A DNA stretch of 64,000 nt from an archaeon (GCA_043814055.1 JBDRKL010000010.1:32001-96000), one strand, 5' to 3'; shown: positions 1-9,476, numbered from the stretch's first letter. Notes: a model not told the origin generated them from the letters alone. Numbers and translations: made by a program.

Positions 1-755
1 TTGACAACCACCCCACACTCCTCGCGCTGCTCAGGACCGGCTGGGGCAACTGCATGGCACGCGCCCTATTCTTTAGGGTGCTCGCGCGGCACATAGGCCT
101 TGACGACAAGACGCAAGGCACCAGATGCAGGGTTGCACTGATGCCAGAACACGCAGTAGTTTTCCTAACCATAAATGAGAAGAAAGTCCTCGCAGACCCG
201 ACGCACGGCGTGCTTGGCAAAGAGCCAGCCCATATGTATTACCCCCTGAAAGAGATGTACGACGAGGCCTTTGAAGTTGAGGATGTTTACGCGGTTTATT
301 GGCTGAAGGCGAGCCTTGCAGAAAAGCCAAAGATTGGCGTGAAGTACTACACCCTGTTCCACAAAAAATATCCAGACTATGCCGAGTGCCTGAACAACAG
401 AGGCATCCTGTACAAGACTATAGGTGAGCTTGGCAAAGCACTCAACGACTACAACAAAGCCCTCCAATTAAAACCAAACGATGCCGAGTGCCTGAACAAC
501 AGAGGCAACCTGTACAAGACTATAGGTGAGCTTGGCAAAGCACTCAACGACTACAACAAATCCCTCCAATTAAAACCAGACTATGCCGAGTGCCTGAACA
601 ACAGAGGCATCCTGTACAAGACTATAGGTGAGCTTGGCAAAGCACTTGCTGACTTGAAAAAGGCATTAGCCCTTTTCAAGGCGCGCGGGCAAGAGCAATA
701 TGCAGAAATCGCTGAACTAAACATTATGGGTGTAAAATCTAAAATGAAACAATGA
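1..755 (+). CDS. Transglutaminase-like domain + TPR repeat protein (5' truncated by the window)
   Basis: The frame is open upstream of ATG 54 and reads ...LLRTGWGNCMARA. Cys in GxGNC, His in PEHAVV and Asp in LADPT fit a transglutaminase-like triad. Three near-identical TPRs (AECLNNRGxLYKTIGELGKAL) follow. Confidence 0.7.
   Translation, partial: DNHPTLLALLRTGWGNCMARALFFRVLARHIGLDDKTQGTRCRVALMPEHAVVFLTINEKKVLADPTHGVLGKEPAHMYYPLKEMYDEAFEVEDVYAVYWLKASLAEKPKIGVKYYTLFHKKYPDYAECLNNRGILYKTIGELGKALNDYNKALQLKPNDAECLNNRGNLYKTIGELGKALNDYNKSLQLKPDYAECLNNRGILYKTIGELGKALADLKKALALFKARGQEQYAEIAELNIMGVKSKMKQ
372..646 (+). repeat. Near-perfect 102-bp tandem repeat (~2.7 units) encoding TPRs
   Basis: ATGCCGAGTGCCTGAACAACAGAGGC starts at 379, 481 and 583. 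Confidence 0.95.
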
Positions 756-1657
756 ATTCTGAACTAAAAGACCTTTTAACTTCTCAACAATACCGCGTTG
801 TTGGCAACCACGCGGCTGTTAAAATTTGTCACTGGACAAAGGAGTCCCTGCGGAACAAAGGCTTTTGCTATAAACAGCAATTCTACGGAGTTGACTCGCA
901 CCGATGCCTGCAGATGACTCCTTGTGCGGACGTGTGCAACCAGCGTTGTGTTTACTGCTGGCGACCTATGGAGGGTTCGCTGAATTCTTTTCCAACTGCA
1001 GAAATTGACGAGCCTGATGAAATGATTGACAGGCTAATTGAACAGCAGCGCGCTCTTATTATGGGTTTCAAAGGTCATAGTGAAATCGATATGAAAAAAT
1101 TTGAGGAAGCGCTCGAGCCAAAGCACGCTGCAATCTCGCTCTCGGGTGAGCCAACCTTATATCCAAAGCTCGGCGGGCTCATTGAGTCTTTCCACAAGCG
1201 AGGATTGACAACTTTTCTGGTTACTAATGGCACTCGGCCCGATGTGCTTGAATCCATCCCGGAGCCAACCCAGCTCTACATTTCGCTTGACGCGCCAAAT
1301 GAAGAAATGTACAAGAAAATCGATAATCCTCAAATTTCAGAAGGCTGGAAAGCAATACAGAAATCCCTTGAAATGCTCAAATCTTTCTCTTGCAGGACTG
1401 TAATTAGGCTCACATTAATGAGGCGGAATATGGTGCAGGCTTCTGATTTTGGCAAGCTCTTGGATGCTGTGGATCCGACTTGTATCGAAGCCAAGGCGTA
1501 TATGCACGTTGGCGCATCACAGGATCGCCTGCCTCACTCTGAAATGCCGCTCCACAGCGAAATAAAAGCCTTTTCAGAAGAGCTAAAAAACAATACAGGA
1601 TTTAAGATTTTGGATGAGAAACCAGAATCTAGAGTGGTATTGCTAGGGAAGCGCTGA
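752..1657 (+). CDS. taw1: tRNA 4-demethylwyosine synthase (radical SAM, Taw1/TYW1)
   Basis: VKICHWTK, CYKQQFYG, SHRCLQMTP, CxxxCxxC (CNQRCVYC), HAAISLSGEPTLYP, E-K-AYMHVG. Confidence 0.95.
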   Translation: MNSELKDLLTSQQYRVVGNHAAVKICHWTKESLRNKGFCYKQQFYGVDSHRCLQMTPCADVCNQRCVYCWRPMEGSLNSFPTAEIDEPDEMIDRLIEQQRALIMGFKGHSEIDMKKFEEALEPKHAAISLSGEPTLYPKLGGLIESFHKRGLTTFLVTNGTRPDVLESIPEPTQLYISLDAPNEEMYKKIDNPQISEGWKAIQKSLEMLKSFSCRTVIRLTLMRRNMVQASDFGKLLDAVDPTCIEAKAYMHVGASQDRLPHSEMPLHSEIKAFSEELKNNTGFKILDEKPESRVVLLGKR

Positions 1658-1667
1658 ACCTCGTATT

Positions 1668-1677
1668 GTTTTTTTTG
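1668..1677 (+). terminator. Oligo-T archaeal terminator after taw1
   Basis: T-run immediately after the stop at 1657. Confidence 0.5.
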
Positions 1678-1759
1678 TCACTGCCGGAGCGTAACAACTT
1701 ATTTAAACCCTTATCCTAACTTAATGCAGAAAACAATACAAAATTGAGGTGGTTTAAGA

Positions 1760-2929
1760 ATGCAGGAAAATCCTTTTTCAGATTCAGTGCCAACGCACTT
1801 TGCCATAGCGGCAACTGTCTACACAAAGCCGCTCACCGAGCTTTCAGACACGACTAAATCAAACAAGTCCAAGCTCATACTTGTTACAGGCGGATACGGC
1901 AACGGCAAATCCCACGCGCTTGAGCGGCTCAAGAACGACTTGAACATTAACGAGAAGAAAAAGCTCGCAATATACTGCTCAGCTTTCGCGACCAAGAGTT
2001 TGCAGACAATTTACGAGCAGGTATGCTCTGAGCTTTCAAGCGGAAAGCTGAATAAGTTCGCTTACACCACGGACGGACGCGCGTTTATGACTAACAAGGG
2101 CATTCCATCCAAGATTATAGACATATTCTACAACAAGGAGGCAATCCGACCTGCCGAGGATATCAAGGCAAACTTCACCTACGGCAAGATTGTCGCGTCA
2201 TCCTCTGATGTTATTCATTTTTTCTGCGCTCTCTCTTTGCTCGTGGACCAGTTCGTGCTGCTCATGGACGACATAGAGGAAGCGACTACGATGGAGCAGA
2301 ACGAGCGCAAGATGTTCTTCGGGCACATCCGCGCCCTCTACGACGAGGCAGTTAGAAAGGAACTGAGCATGATAGTTGTGATGACACTCACGCTTGACAA
2401 GCTTGAGCTGCTCAAGAATGACCGAATGGACCTCTACGAGCGAATGGACAAGGTAATTAAGTTTGACAAGCTCTCCCCTAAGGAATTTGAAAATATTATT
2501 GAGAAGCGGCTTGAGATAAGCGCGCTTGATGACATCAAGGTTGACAAAAGCGTAATAAAACAAATTTGGGGCTATTCTGACAACATCCGCGGAATGCTGA
2601 ACATACTCCGCGACCTTCTTGAAGAGGTCTACAACAAGGGTGAGAAGAAAATCACTACAGTTGTGCTTCCTGAAAAAACCGTGTCTCAGCTCATAGAGTC
2701 ACAGAAGATACGGGACAGCTACAAGCCTGCTGATGATTTAATCCTCAACATTCTTGAATCTGAGGATGGCCTCTCTGCAGAGGCAATCATAGAGCGCTCA
2801 AAGAAGAGCGGCTCCTGGATACGGCACCGCCTCGCAGATTTGGTTAATGATGGCGTGCTGCTCAAGGAGCAGGTCGCTAGGAACAGACCTGCAAAATACA
2901 TACTAAGCAAGGTGGAGAAGAAACAATGA
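1760..2929 (+). CDS. P-loop (AAA+/STAND-like) ATPase with C-terminal winged-helix
   Basis: N-terminal ENPF, Walker A GGYGNGKS, Walker B LLMDDIEE and a C-terminal HTH-like segment (LSAEAIIERSKKSGSWIRHRLADLVNDGVL). TATA-like TTATTTAAA at ~1699 and GAGGTG SD upstream. Confidence 0.75.
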   Translation: MQENPFSDSVPTHFAIAATVYTKPLTELSDTTKSNKSKLILVTGGYGNGKSHALERLKNDLNINEKKKLAIYCSAFATKSLQTIYEQVCSELSSGKLNKFAYTTDGRAFMTNKGIPSKIIDIFYNKEAIRPAEDIKANFTYGKIVASSSDVIHFFCALSLLVDQFVLLMDDIEEATTMEQNERKMFFGHIRALYDEAVRKELSMIVVMTLTLDKLELLKNDRMDLYERMDKVIKFDKLSPKEFENIIEKRLEISALDDIKVDKSVIKQIWGYSDNIRGMLNILRDLLEEVYNKGEKKITTVVLPEKTVSQLIESQKIRDSYKPADDLILNILESEDGLSAEAIIERSKKSGSWIRHRLADLVNDGVLLKEQVARNRPAKYILSKVEKKQ

Positions 2930-3066
2930 GACGCAAAGCAGAGCTTCGCGTTAATTCCAAAGCTGATGAAATAGGAGAAACTTTGAAATCATACACAAAA
3001 TCCCTAGAAATTGATGAGCTTTGTGTTGATTCCAAAGCTGATGAAATAGGAGAAACTTTGAAATGA
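2926..3066 (+). CDS. 46-aa micro-ORF (MRRKAELRVNSKADEIGETLKSYTKSLEIDELCVDSKADEIGETLK) with internal repeat
   Basis: ATGA overlaps at both ends (2926-2929 and 3063-3066) suggest translational coupling. It is absent from the supplied ORF track. Confidence 0.55.
   Translation: MRRKAELRVNSKADEIGETLKSYTKSLEIDELCVDSKADEIGETLK
2954..3064 (+). repeat. Two exact 36-bp direct repeats separated by 39 bp
   Basis: ATTCCAAAGCTGATGAAATAGGAGAAACTTTGAAAT at 2954-2989 and 3029-3064. Confidence 0.95.
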
Positions 3067-3749
3067 GAGCAACGATTACCCTGAATAAAAAACCAATGAC
3101 TGAGAAGACCTACTGCAACCTGGTGAATGCATTCACCTCGGAAGGCTACACGCCAATTATTGACCCGCGCCAGTTTGACTCGCCAATTTCAATCAAGGCG
3201 AGGTTCAAGGCAAAGGAAGAAAAAGTGCGGTTCATAGAGTTCTCGCCGCAGATGGAGCTGAGCATAGAGCACGAGCTCACCAAGTCCAAGGCGGAGAAGC
3301 AGCTTGACGCGCTGAGCACAAAACTGGAGGAGCTTATGGTGGTTGGGGATGCAAAAGTTGAGGACTATGAGTTGGCTACTTTGCAGATGATATCCCAGCA
3401 TAACATGCTCCAGAAGAACCCAGTGGTGTTTCCTGCAAACGAGGCCGAGGCAAAGCTCTTTGAGGGGCTTGAGCAGAAGAAAATATTTTCCAAGGCATTC
3501 GCGATAAAGTGCCCAAAATGCAATCGCGCGTTTATGGTTCCGCACAACAAGATAAAGCTTGAATCCGATAAGATGTTCTGCGTTGGCTGCGAGGCGTGGG
3601 TTTCTATACAGAATGAAACGCTTGCGTACATAGTCAACGAGGAATATATGGCAGTCATAGACACGGTCTGGGACAAAGTTCAGAAGCTAATTCGGGCGAG
3701 CTGGCGCGAAGTCATCAAGCGCGGAATACCAATAATAAAAGTGGAGTAG
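3063..3749 (+). CDS. Hypothetical protein with Zn-ribbon (CPKC...CVGC)
   Basis: 228-aa ORF coupled to its neighbours; two CxxC pairs in the C-terminal half. Confidence 0.65.
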   Translation: MRATITLNKKPMTEKTYCNLVNAFTSEGYTPIIDPRQFDSPISIKARFKAKEEKVRFIEFSPQMELSIEHELTKSKAEKQLDALSTKLEELMVVGDAKVEDYELATLQMISQHNMLQKNPVVFPANEAEAKLFEGLEQKKIFSKAFAIKCPKCNRAFMVPHNKIKLESDKMFCVGCEAWVSIQNETLAYIVNEEYMAVIDTVWDKVQKLIRASWREVIKRGIPIIKVE

Positions 3750-3750
3750 A

Positions 3751-4359
3751 ATGAAAATAGGAGTTTTGGCATCAACACGCGGCACTGACTTGCAGGCGAT
3801 TATAGACGAGATTGAGGCAGGCAGTCTGGACGCTGAAATTTCCTGCGTGATAAGCAACAAGGAAAGTGCAGGAGCGCTGGACAAGGCGAGAGCGCACAGC
3901 ATTGACGCAATTTTCATTGACCCTGATGACAAGAGCCGCGAGGAATTTGACGAGGAAATCGCAGCAGAGCTTGGCAAGCGCGGGGTTGAGCTGGTTTTGC
4001 TCATCGGTTACATGCGAATTCTTTCGCCTAGTTTTGTGCGCAAGTACGAGAACCGGATAATGAACGCGCATCCTTCGCTATTGCCGGCGTTTGCGGGCGG
4101 CATGGATACTAATGTGCACAGGGAAGTGCTTGAGTCCGGGGTTAAGGAGACTGGCTGCACGATTCATTTTGTAACTGAGGATGTTGACTCAGGACCGATA
4201 ATACTCCAGAAAAAAGTTCTTGTTGAGAAGAACGACACTGAAGAAACACTCAAGGCGAAGGTTCAGGAACAGGAAAAAATCGCGTTCATAGAAGCGATTA
4301 ATTTGTTTAAGGATGGGAAATTAAAAATTGAAGGCAGTACTGTTACTATACTAAAATGA
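3751..4359 (+). CDS. purN: Phosphoribosylglycinamide formyltransferase
   Basis: IGVLAS-RGTDLQAII, LIGYMRILS, NAHPSLLP, GCTIHFV, DSGPII. Confidence 0.95.
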   Translation: MKIGVLASTRGTDLQAIIDEIEAGSLDAEISCVISNKESAGALDKARAHSIDAIFIDPDDKSREEFDEEIAAELGKRGVELVLLIGYMRILSPSFVRKYENRIMNAHPSLLPAFAGGMDTNVHREVLESGVKETGCTIHFVTEDVDSGPIILQKKVLVEKNDTEETLKAKVQEQEKIAFIEAINLFKDGKLKIEGSTVTILK

Positions 4360-5525
4360 ATTCGGAAGAAGCAACAAATTACTTGCAGGACCTGCAGAAA
4401 CATGGTATTCATCTGGGTCTTGACATAATTGAAGAGATTCTGAACGCTCTGGGCAATCCGCAGAATGATTACAAAACAGTCCATATTGCAGGTACTAATG
4501 GCAAAGGGTCTGTAGTGGCTATGGTTTCTGAGGCATTAAAGCTTTCAGGTTTTAAAACAGCGATATATACCTCGCCGCATCTCATTAGTATCCAGGAGCG
4601 GTTCTTGATTAATGGTGAGCTTATATCACAAGAGAGGTTTTCTGAATTAGTTGGGCAGGTCAGGGAAGTTGTGGAATCTCTTGGCATAAAACCAACGTTC
4701 TTTGAATTTGTCACTGCAAGTGCGTTCAAGTACTTCTCAGACGAGAAAGTTGATTATGCAGTTTTTGAGACCGGCATGGGTGGACGCCTGGATGCAACAA
4801 ACATGATAACTCCTGAAATTTCAGTCATTACCAATATTGACCTTGAGCACACAAAGCACCTCGGCGATACAGTGGAAAAAATCGCTGAGGAGAAAGCAGG
4901 CATAATAAAACGCAGAGTTCCTGTTGTGACAGGTGCAATGCACGGAGCTCTTGAGTTCATAAGGCGGAAAGCTGTGGATATGGAGGCGCCACTTCACATA
5001 ATTCATAAACCTTACACAGGAGAAGTTGGCCTAAATGGGGAGTTCCAAAAAGTAAACGCTGCAATTGCAGCAGAAGCACTCAGAGTTTTAGGTTTAAAGC
5101 CGGACATAATCTCAAAAGCAATCAAAACTGCAAAGTGGCCTGGTAGGATGCAGTTTGAGGGCAATATCCTGCTGGACGGCTCGCACAACCCTGCTGGGTT
5201 CAAGGTTCTGATTGATGAGCTTAAGAAGCTGGACAAGCGATTCATATTCGTGACCGGCCTGAGCGAGGGCAAGGATTATGCCGCTATTTTCAAGCTCATA
5301 AACCCGATCGCGAATAAAATCATACTCACAAAGACCAAGGTTTCTCGGGCGGTTGACCCAAGCGAGTACTCAGAGCATGCGAAAGATCCGATTATAACAA
5401 GGAATGTTCCAGTTGCGCTTAAAAAAGCACAGGGGCTTGCCAAGGAAGGCGATTTAATTGTGGTAACCGGTGTTTTCACAGTCGGAGAAGCAATGGAATA
5501 CCTGGGCATAACCCCGAGCTTTTAA
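4356..5525 (+). CDS. folC: Folylpolyglutamate synthase/dihydrofolate synthase
   Basis: HIAGTNGKGS, YTSPHL, ETGMGGRLDATN, WPGR, DGSHNP. Confidence 0.95.
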   Translation: MNSEEATNYLQDLQKHGIHLGLDIIEEILNALGNPQNDYKTVHIAGTNGKGSVVAMVSEALKLSGFKTAIYTSPHLISIQERFLINGELISQERFSELVGQVREVVESLGIKPTFFEFVTASAFKYFSDEKVDYAVFETGMGGRLDATNMITPEISVITNIDLEHTKHLGDTVEKIAEEKAGIIKRRVPVVTGAMHGALEFIRRKAVDMEAPLHIIHKPYTGEVGLNGEFQKVNAAIAAEALRVLGLKPDIISKAIKTAKWPGRMQFEGNILLDGSHNPAGFKVLIDELKKLDKRFIFVTGLSEGKDYAAIFKLINPIANKIILTKTKVSRAVDPSEYSEHAKDPIITRNVPVALKKAQGLAKEGDLIVVTGVFTVGEAMEYLGITPSF

Positions 5526-5526
5526 T

Positions 5527-5626
5527 TGTAGGTAGTAGTTAGTAGTAAGTAGTTGGTAGTATGTAGTTAGTAATAACCACAAACTACAGACTATGAACTA
5601 CAAACCACAAACTAATAGCTACAACT
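5527..5626. repeat. Degenerate heptamer tandem repeats arranged as an imperfect inverted pair
   Basis: TAGTTAG/TAGTAAG/TAGTTGG-type units are followed by AAACTAC/AGACTAT/GAACTAC/AAACCAC-type units, between convergent genes. Confidence 0.75.
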
Positions 5627-6245
5627 ATTTCTTAAGCCACTTAACCCCAAGATAGCAGAACGGGGTGTCAAGCGCTGCGAACAGGACTTTTACAATCCAG
5701 TAGGGTATTATGAGCGCAGTTATGAACGCAACGCCTGCGTATGGAGTAACTCCATAAAATGCGATGAACATGAATATCGTGGTGTCAATGAGCTGGCTCA
5801 CTAGTGTTGACGCGTTGTTGCGGAGCCAGAGGTATTTTCCATTTGTCTTTTTCTTCCAGAAGTTGAACGCCCAGACATCGTGGGTTTGCGAGATTCCAAA
5901 AGCGATTATGCTAGCTATAAAAATTCTCAGGGATGCTGAAAAGACTTTGGTATACTCAGCTGGGAAAAAGTCCCGCGCTGCAGAAGGCAGGTAAACCGCG
6001 ATTGCGGTTATTATGAGTACAAATACGAGTGATATTATGCCTGCGTTCACCAAGCTCTGGGCTCTTTCCCTGCCATGCACTTCCTCAATTATGTCTGTCA
6101 CAAGGAAAGTTATTGGAAAAGCGAGTATGCCTGTGGAAGCGATGAAAATTCCAAAGTCAGCTATCTTCGTGCCCATCAGGTTTGCAGCGACTAGCGCGCC
6201 TATGAAAAGCGCGGAAAGGATTGTTGTTTTTTGTTCAATGTTCAT
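5625..6245 (-). CDS. Queuosine/archaeosine precursor transporter (VUT/YhhQ family)
   Basis: FPITFLVTDIIEEVHG, ASIIAFGISQ, LWLRNNASTLVSQLIDT, DTPF. Confidence 0.9.
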   Translation of the reverse strand: MNIEQKTTILSALFIGALVAANLMGTKIADFGIFIASTGILAFPITFLVTDIIEEVHGRERAQSLVNAGIISLVFVLIITAIAVYLPSAARDFFPAEYTKVFSASLRIFIASIIAFGISQTHDVWAFNFWKKKTNGKYLWLRNNASTLVSQLIDTTIFMFIAFYGVTPYAGVAFITALIIPYWIVKVLFAALDTPFCYLGVKWLKK

Positions 6246-6287
6246 AATTCTGGGTTTTATGGGGGTGTAGTTTAAATGGTTTTTTGT

Positions 6288-7838
6288 TCACGCCTGCAAA
6301 TACACGTCCGTTTGCCTCTCTATGCCAAGCTCTACTTCAAGTGCACTCACATGGTTCCAAAATTCATTGGCACTCTTTTGGTAGAGGTCTATGTCTTTTA
6401 CTATATCCTTCAGGGTTTTTTCCCTGGGTGTATTTCCTTCCTGAGGGGTATTCTCTTTCAATTGGTCTGCTTTTTCCCGCAAGAAAATTGTTGCTACGTC
6501 TTCTGTGCGCACATCACTTCCGGCCTCTCTAAGCTTTTCTTGTTTTTCCTTCAATTTTTTGGCGAGCAACACACCCAATTCGGCAAGTGAAACTTTTTGT
6601 TTTTTCAGGCCTTTTGTATAATCCTCAGTCAAGCCTTTTATCGCCAGATTTTGCGCCTTCTGCCACACAAGTTTTGCTATTATCAAATTTGAAAGAAGCT
6701 TAAGTCGCAAATTAGGTTCATAGTCCGGCAGGCTGTCAAGTGGCTCGTAGCACTTTCTGGCAAGGCCCAAGTTAGCTTCAACCGCTGATGCCTCATTTTT
6801 TAAACTTTTATAAAGTTCAAGTATCCCATTTAAAATGTCGCCCTTTTTTGAAGGCCTTGCATTAGCAGTCCCTTTGCCGGCAGCCTCGTATTTTTTATTG
6901 GCGTCTTTCAGCATTGCCTCAAACTTAGCGTTCCCTAAATAAACCTCAAAGTGGGTGGCCTTGAGCATGAGGCAGTCGCCAACTCCTTCAATCGCTGTTG
7001 AGTGCTCATTTGATCTTGACACGCTTAGCTGCTCTACCTGACTGAACCTTTTAATTGCTGTATCAACCAGCCTGTGCTGGGGGTCATAGTTCTTAAATGC
7101 CTTTAGGAGGCATACTTGGCCAACGTAGAACGCTGAGCGTTTTATCAGTTCTGTATGCCCTTTCTGCGTTGCATATTCCAGGGCTTCCTTCAGTTCTGTA
7201 TAGGCAGCCGTATAATTCTGCCTCTTGGTCTGCACTTTGCCGAGCTCAAGCTGAATCTCTGCAATCTTTAGCTTATTTTCGATCTCTACTGCGAGATTCT
7301 TTGCGCATTTAAGCGCCGTAACGGCCTTTTCATATTCCGGACATTCCCGCTTTGCAGAGGTGCCTTTTTCATCTCCGCGCAGAACGTAGATTTTTGCCAG
7401 ATATTTCTTTGCATCTATTTTCAGATCGATTTCTTCAGAGGCCCCAACTATCTCAAGATAAGTCACTGCAGTTCCTAATTGTATTTTTGATTTATTCTTT
7501 CGCCCCTCCTCAAAGGACGAAATGCCAAGCATCAAGGCAATCGGCACGCGAATCTTGCGGCTAAACGGAGCGCTAGAATCCAGGCAGAGCATACAGTAGT
7601 CTATGGCTTCTCCATACTCTTTGGCTTCAAAAGAAACAACTGTAAGCCCGAGCAGTGCGCGGTATTTGTCGTCAGACCTATCAGGTGCAGCTTTGAGCGC
7701 TCTTCCAAAATTAGCTAAACCGCCCTCCAAATCTTTTTTTTCCAGGCTCTGTATCCCTTCTTTCAAGCCGTCAACTGCACCCTTGGCAATCTCTCCTTTT
7801 AGCCACTTTATCATGCCCCTTAGCTTGAACAAATTCAT
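6288..7838 (-). CDS. Helical TPR-like hypothetical protein
   Basis: 516-aa ORF with repeated amphipathic helices of TPR-like spacing. Confidence 0.6.
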   Translation of the reverse strand: MNLFKLRGMIKWLKGEIAKGAVDGLKEGIQSLEKKDLEGGLANFGRALKAAPDRSDDKYRALLGLTVVSFEAKEYGEAIDYCMLCLDSSAPFSRKIRVPIALMLGISSFEEGRKNKSKIQLGTAVTYLEIVGASEEIDLKIDAKKYLAKIYVLRGDEKGTSAKRECPEYEKAVTALKCAKNLAVEIENKLKIAEIQLELGKVQTKRQNYTAAYTELKEALEYATQKGHTELIKRSAFYVGQVCLLKAFKNYDPQHRLVDTAIKRFSQVEQLSVSRSNEHSTAIEGVGDCLMLKATHFEVYLGNAKFEAMLKDANKKYEAAGKGTANARPSKKGDILNGILELYKSLKNEASAVEANLGLARKCYEPLDSLPDYEPNLRLKLLSNLIIAKLVWQKAQNLAIKGLTEDYTKGLKKQKVSLAELGVLLAKKLKEKQEKLREAGSDVRTEDVATIFLREKADQLKENTPQEGNTPREKTLKDIVKDIDLYQKSANEFWNHVSALEVELGIERQTDVYLQA

Positions 7839-7853
7839 ATATAAAGATTAGTG

Positions 7854-8537
7854 CTATCGATTTCTCTTTAACATCTGCTTTATTTTTTCACTCTTCAGCT
7901 CCCTTATCGCGTCGTTCGCAATCCACTTTGCAGCTTTTGAATCAATCTTCTGAATTTCTTTTGCAACTTTAATAGCTTTTTTGTTCAGCGCCAAATTCCT
8001 TTTGCCAATCTGCCTAAGCGCCCAGTTCACAGCTTTCTTCACAAAGTTGCGCTCGTCTGTTGAATATTTTTTAATAATTGGCAAAAACTTCTTAAACTGC
8101 GCATCAGGTGCTTTCTTGTCGTGCACAGCAGAGGTTGCCATAAGCACAAACCCTGTCCGCTTTACAAATTCCTCGTCGCGCTTGGTCCATTCCACAGCTT
8201 TTCTGTAAACAAAAGGCGTCTTGTCAAACAGGTTGCTGCAGCACTGGTCCACGATGTCCCAGGAATTAAAATCCTTAACCCAGCGATCCATCTGTGCCTC
8301 TGTAACCTTGTCAACTTCATCAATGAGCGGCGCGAGTATTCTTGCCTCGTGGATTCCCGTGTCCCAAAGCTTCTGCGCAAGCGTGTGGCTCTTCCCAATC
8401 TGCTTTGCCATTTTGCGCACAACCGGCACTGACACTCCGAGCATTTTCCCGCCCTGAATTCCAAACCTCTGCATACCTTCAACGTTCTTCGGGTTTGCGT
8501 GCGACTGGAGCTGTTTGATTATTTCAGTCTTGTTCAT
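7854..8537 (-). CDS. DNA alkylation repair protein (AlkD-like HEAT-repeat glycosylase family)
   Basis: GVSVPVVRK, LWDTGIHEAR, NSWDIVD, DERNFVKKAVNWALRQIGKRN. Confidence 0.9.
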   Translation of the reverse strand: MNKTEIIKQLQSHANPKNVEGMQRFGIQGGKMLGVSVPVVRKMAKQIGKSHTLAQKLWDTGIHEARILAPLIDEVDKVTEAQMDRWVKDFNSWDIVDQCCSNLFDKTPFVYRKAVEWTKRDEEFVKRTGFVLMATSAVHDKKAPDAQFKKFLPIIKKYSTDERNFVKKAVNWALRQIGKRNLALNKKAIKVAKEIQKIDSKAAKWIANDAIRELKSEKIKQMLKRNR

Positions 8538-8538
8538 A

Positions 8539-8596
8539 TTGGCTATTGGCGGTTAGCTGTTAGCCAACTGCCAACCCCCTGCTAACTACTAATCCA
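8539..8596. repeat. Heptamer-unit imperfect palindrome
   Basis: TTGGCTA TTGGCGG TTAGCTG TTAG | CCAACTG CCAACCC ... CTAACTA CTAA between divergent alkD and folD. Confidence 0.65.
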
Positions 8597-8630
8597 AACC
8601 TTGATAAATACTTTAGCACTATATCCTGTT

Positions 8631-9476
8631 ATGACTGTCCAAATAATTGACGGCAAGGCAATCGCGGAGGAAATCCGCGGAAAGCTCAGGGATAAAATCA
8701 CCGAGCTCAAGCTAACCCCTGGCCTCGCAGTGATTCAAGTTGGGAACAACTCTGCTTCTAAAATCTACGTGAGCAGCAAGCGCAAGGCGTGCGAAGAAAC
8801 CGGCATCTACATCGACGTTCACAGGCTACCTGCAGGCACGAAAGAATCTGAAGTCATCGCGCTTGTCAAAAAGCTCAACAAGGACTCTAAAATTCACGGC
8901 ATTCTCGTCCAGCTCCCTCTGCCTGATAAGATTGACGAGCGCGCGGTTCTGGATACAATTAATTCTGAAAAGGATGTTGACGGTCTCACGAAGAAAAATC
9001 TCGGCGCGCTGTTCATAGGAAATCCTCGCATAATTCCCTGCACCCCGCGCGGCATTATGAAGCTCATCAAGAGCACAGGGGTAGAGCTTGAGGGGAAGCA
9101 CGCGGTGGTCATCGGAAGGAGTATGCTTGTTGGAAAACCAATTGCGATGCTTCTCCAGCAGAAGAACTGCACAGTCACGATGTGCCATTCACGAACCAAG
9201 AATCTTGAAGAGCACACAAAGACTGCGGATATTTTGGTCTCCGCGGTTGGGGTCCCCCAACTAATTACAGGAGAAATGATAAAGGAAGGCGCGGTAGTGA
9301 TTGATGTTGGAATAAACCGCTTGGATAACGGCAAGGTGGTCGGCGATGTTGATTTTAAATCTGCAAAAGAAAAAGCAGCGTTCATAACCCCTGTGCCAGG
9401 CGGGGTCGGACCGATGACAGTCGTCTCATTGCTGGAGAATGTTGTGGAAGCCGCAGCGAGAATTGCAAACCCATAA
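8631..9476 (+). CDS. folD: Methylenetetrahydrofolate dehydrogenase/cyclohydrolase
   Basis: IIDGK, YVSSK, GILVQLPLP, KDVDG, PCTP, GRSxxVGKP, TPVPGGVGPMT. ATG at 8631 is preferred over TTG 8601. Confidence 0.95.
   Translation: MTVQIIDGKAIAEEIRGKLRDKITELKLTPGLAVIQVGNNSASKIYVSSKRKACEETGIYIDVHRLPAGTKESEVIALVKKLNKDSKIHGILVQLPLPDKIDERAVLDTINSEKDVDGLTKKNLGALFIGNPRIIPCTPRGIMKLIKSTGVELEGKHAVVIGRSMLVGKPIAMLLQQKNCTVTMCHSRTKNLEEHTKTADILVSAVGVPQLITGEMIKEGAVVIDVGINRLDNGKVVGDVDFKSAKEKAAFITPVPGGVGPMTVVSLLENVVEAAARIANP

Noticed and set aside
2954-3064. Bona fide CRISPR array
   Set aside because: Only two repeats, no cas genes or leader in the window, and the repeat is in frame within a coupled ORF. Kept only as a repeat finding.
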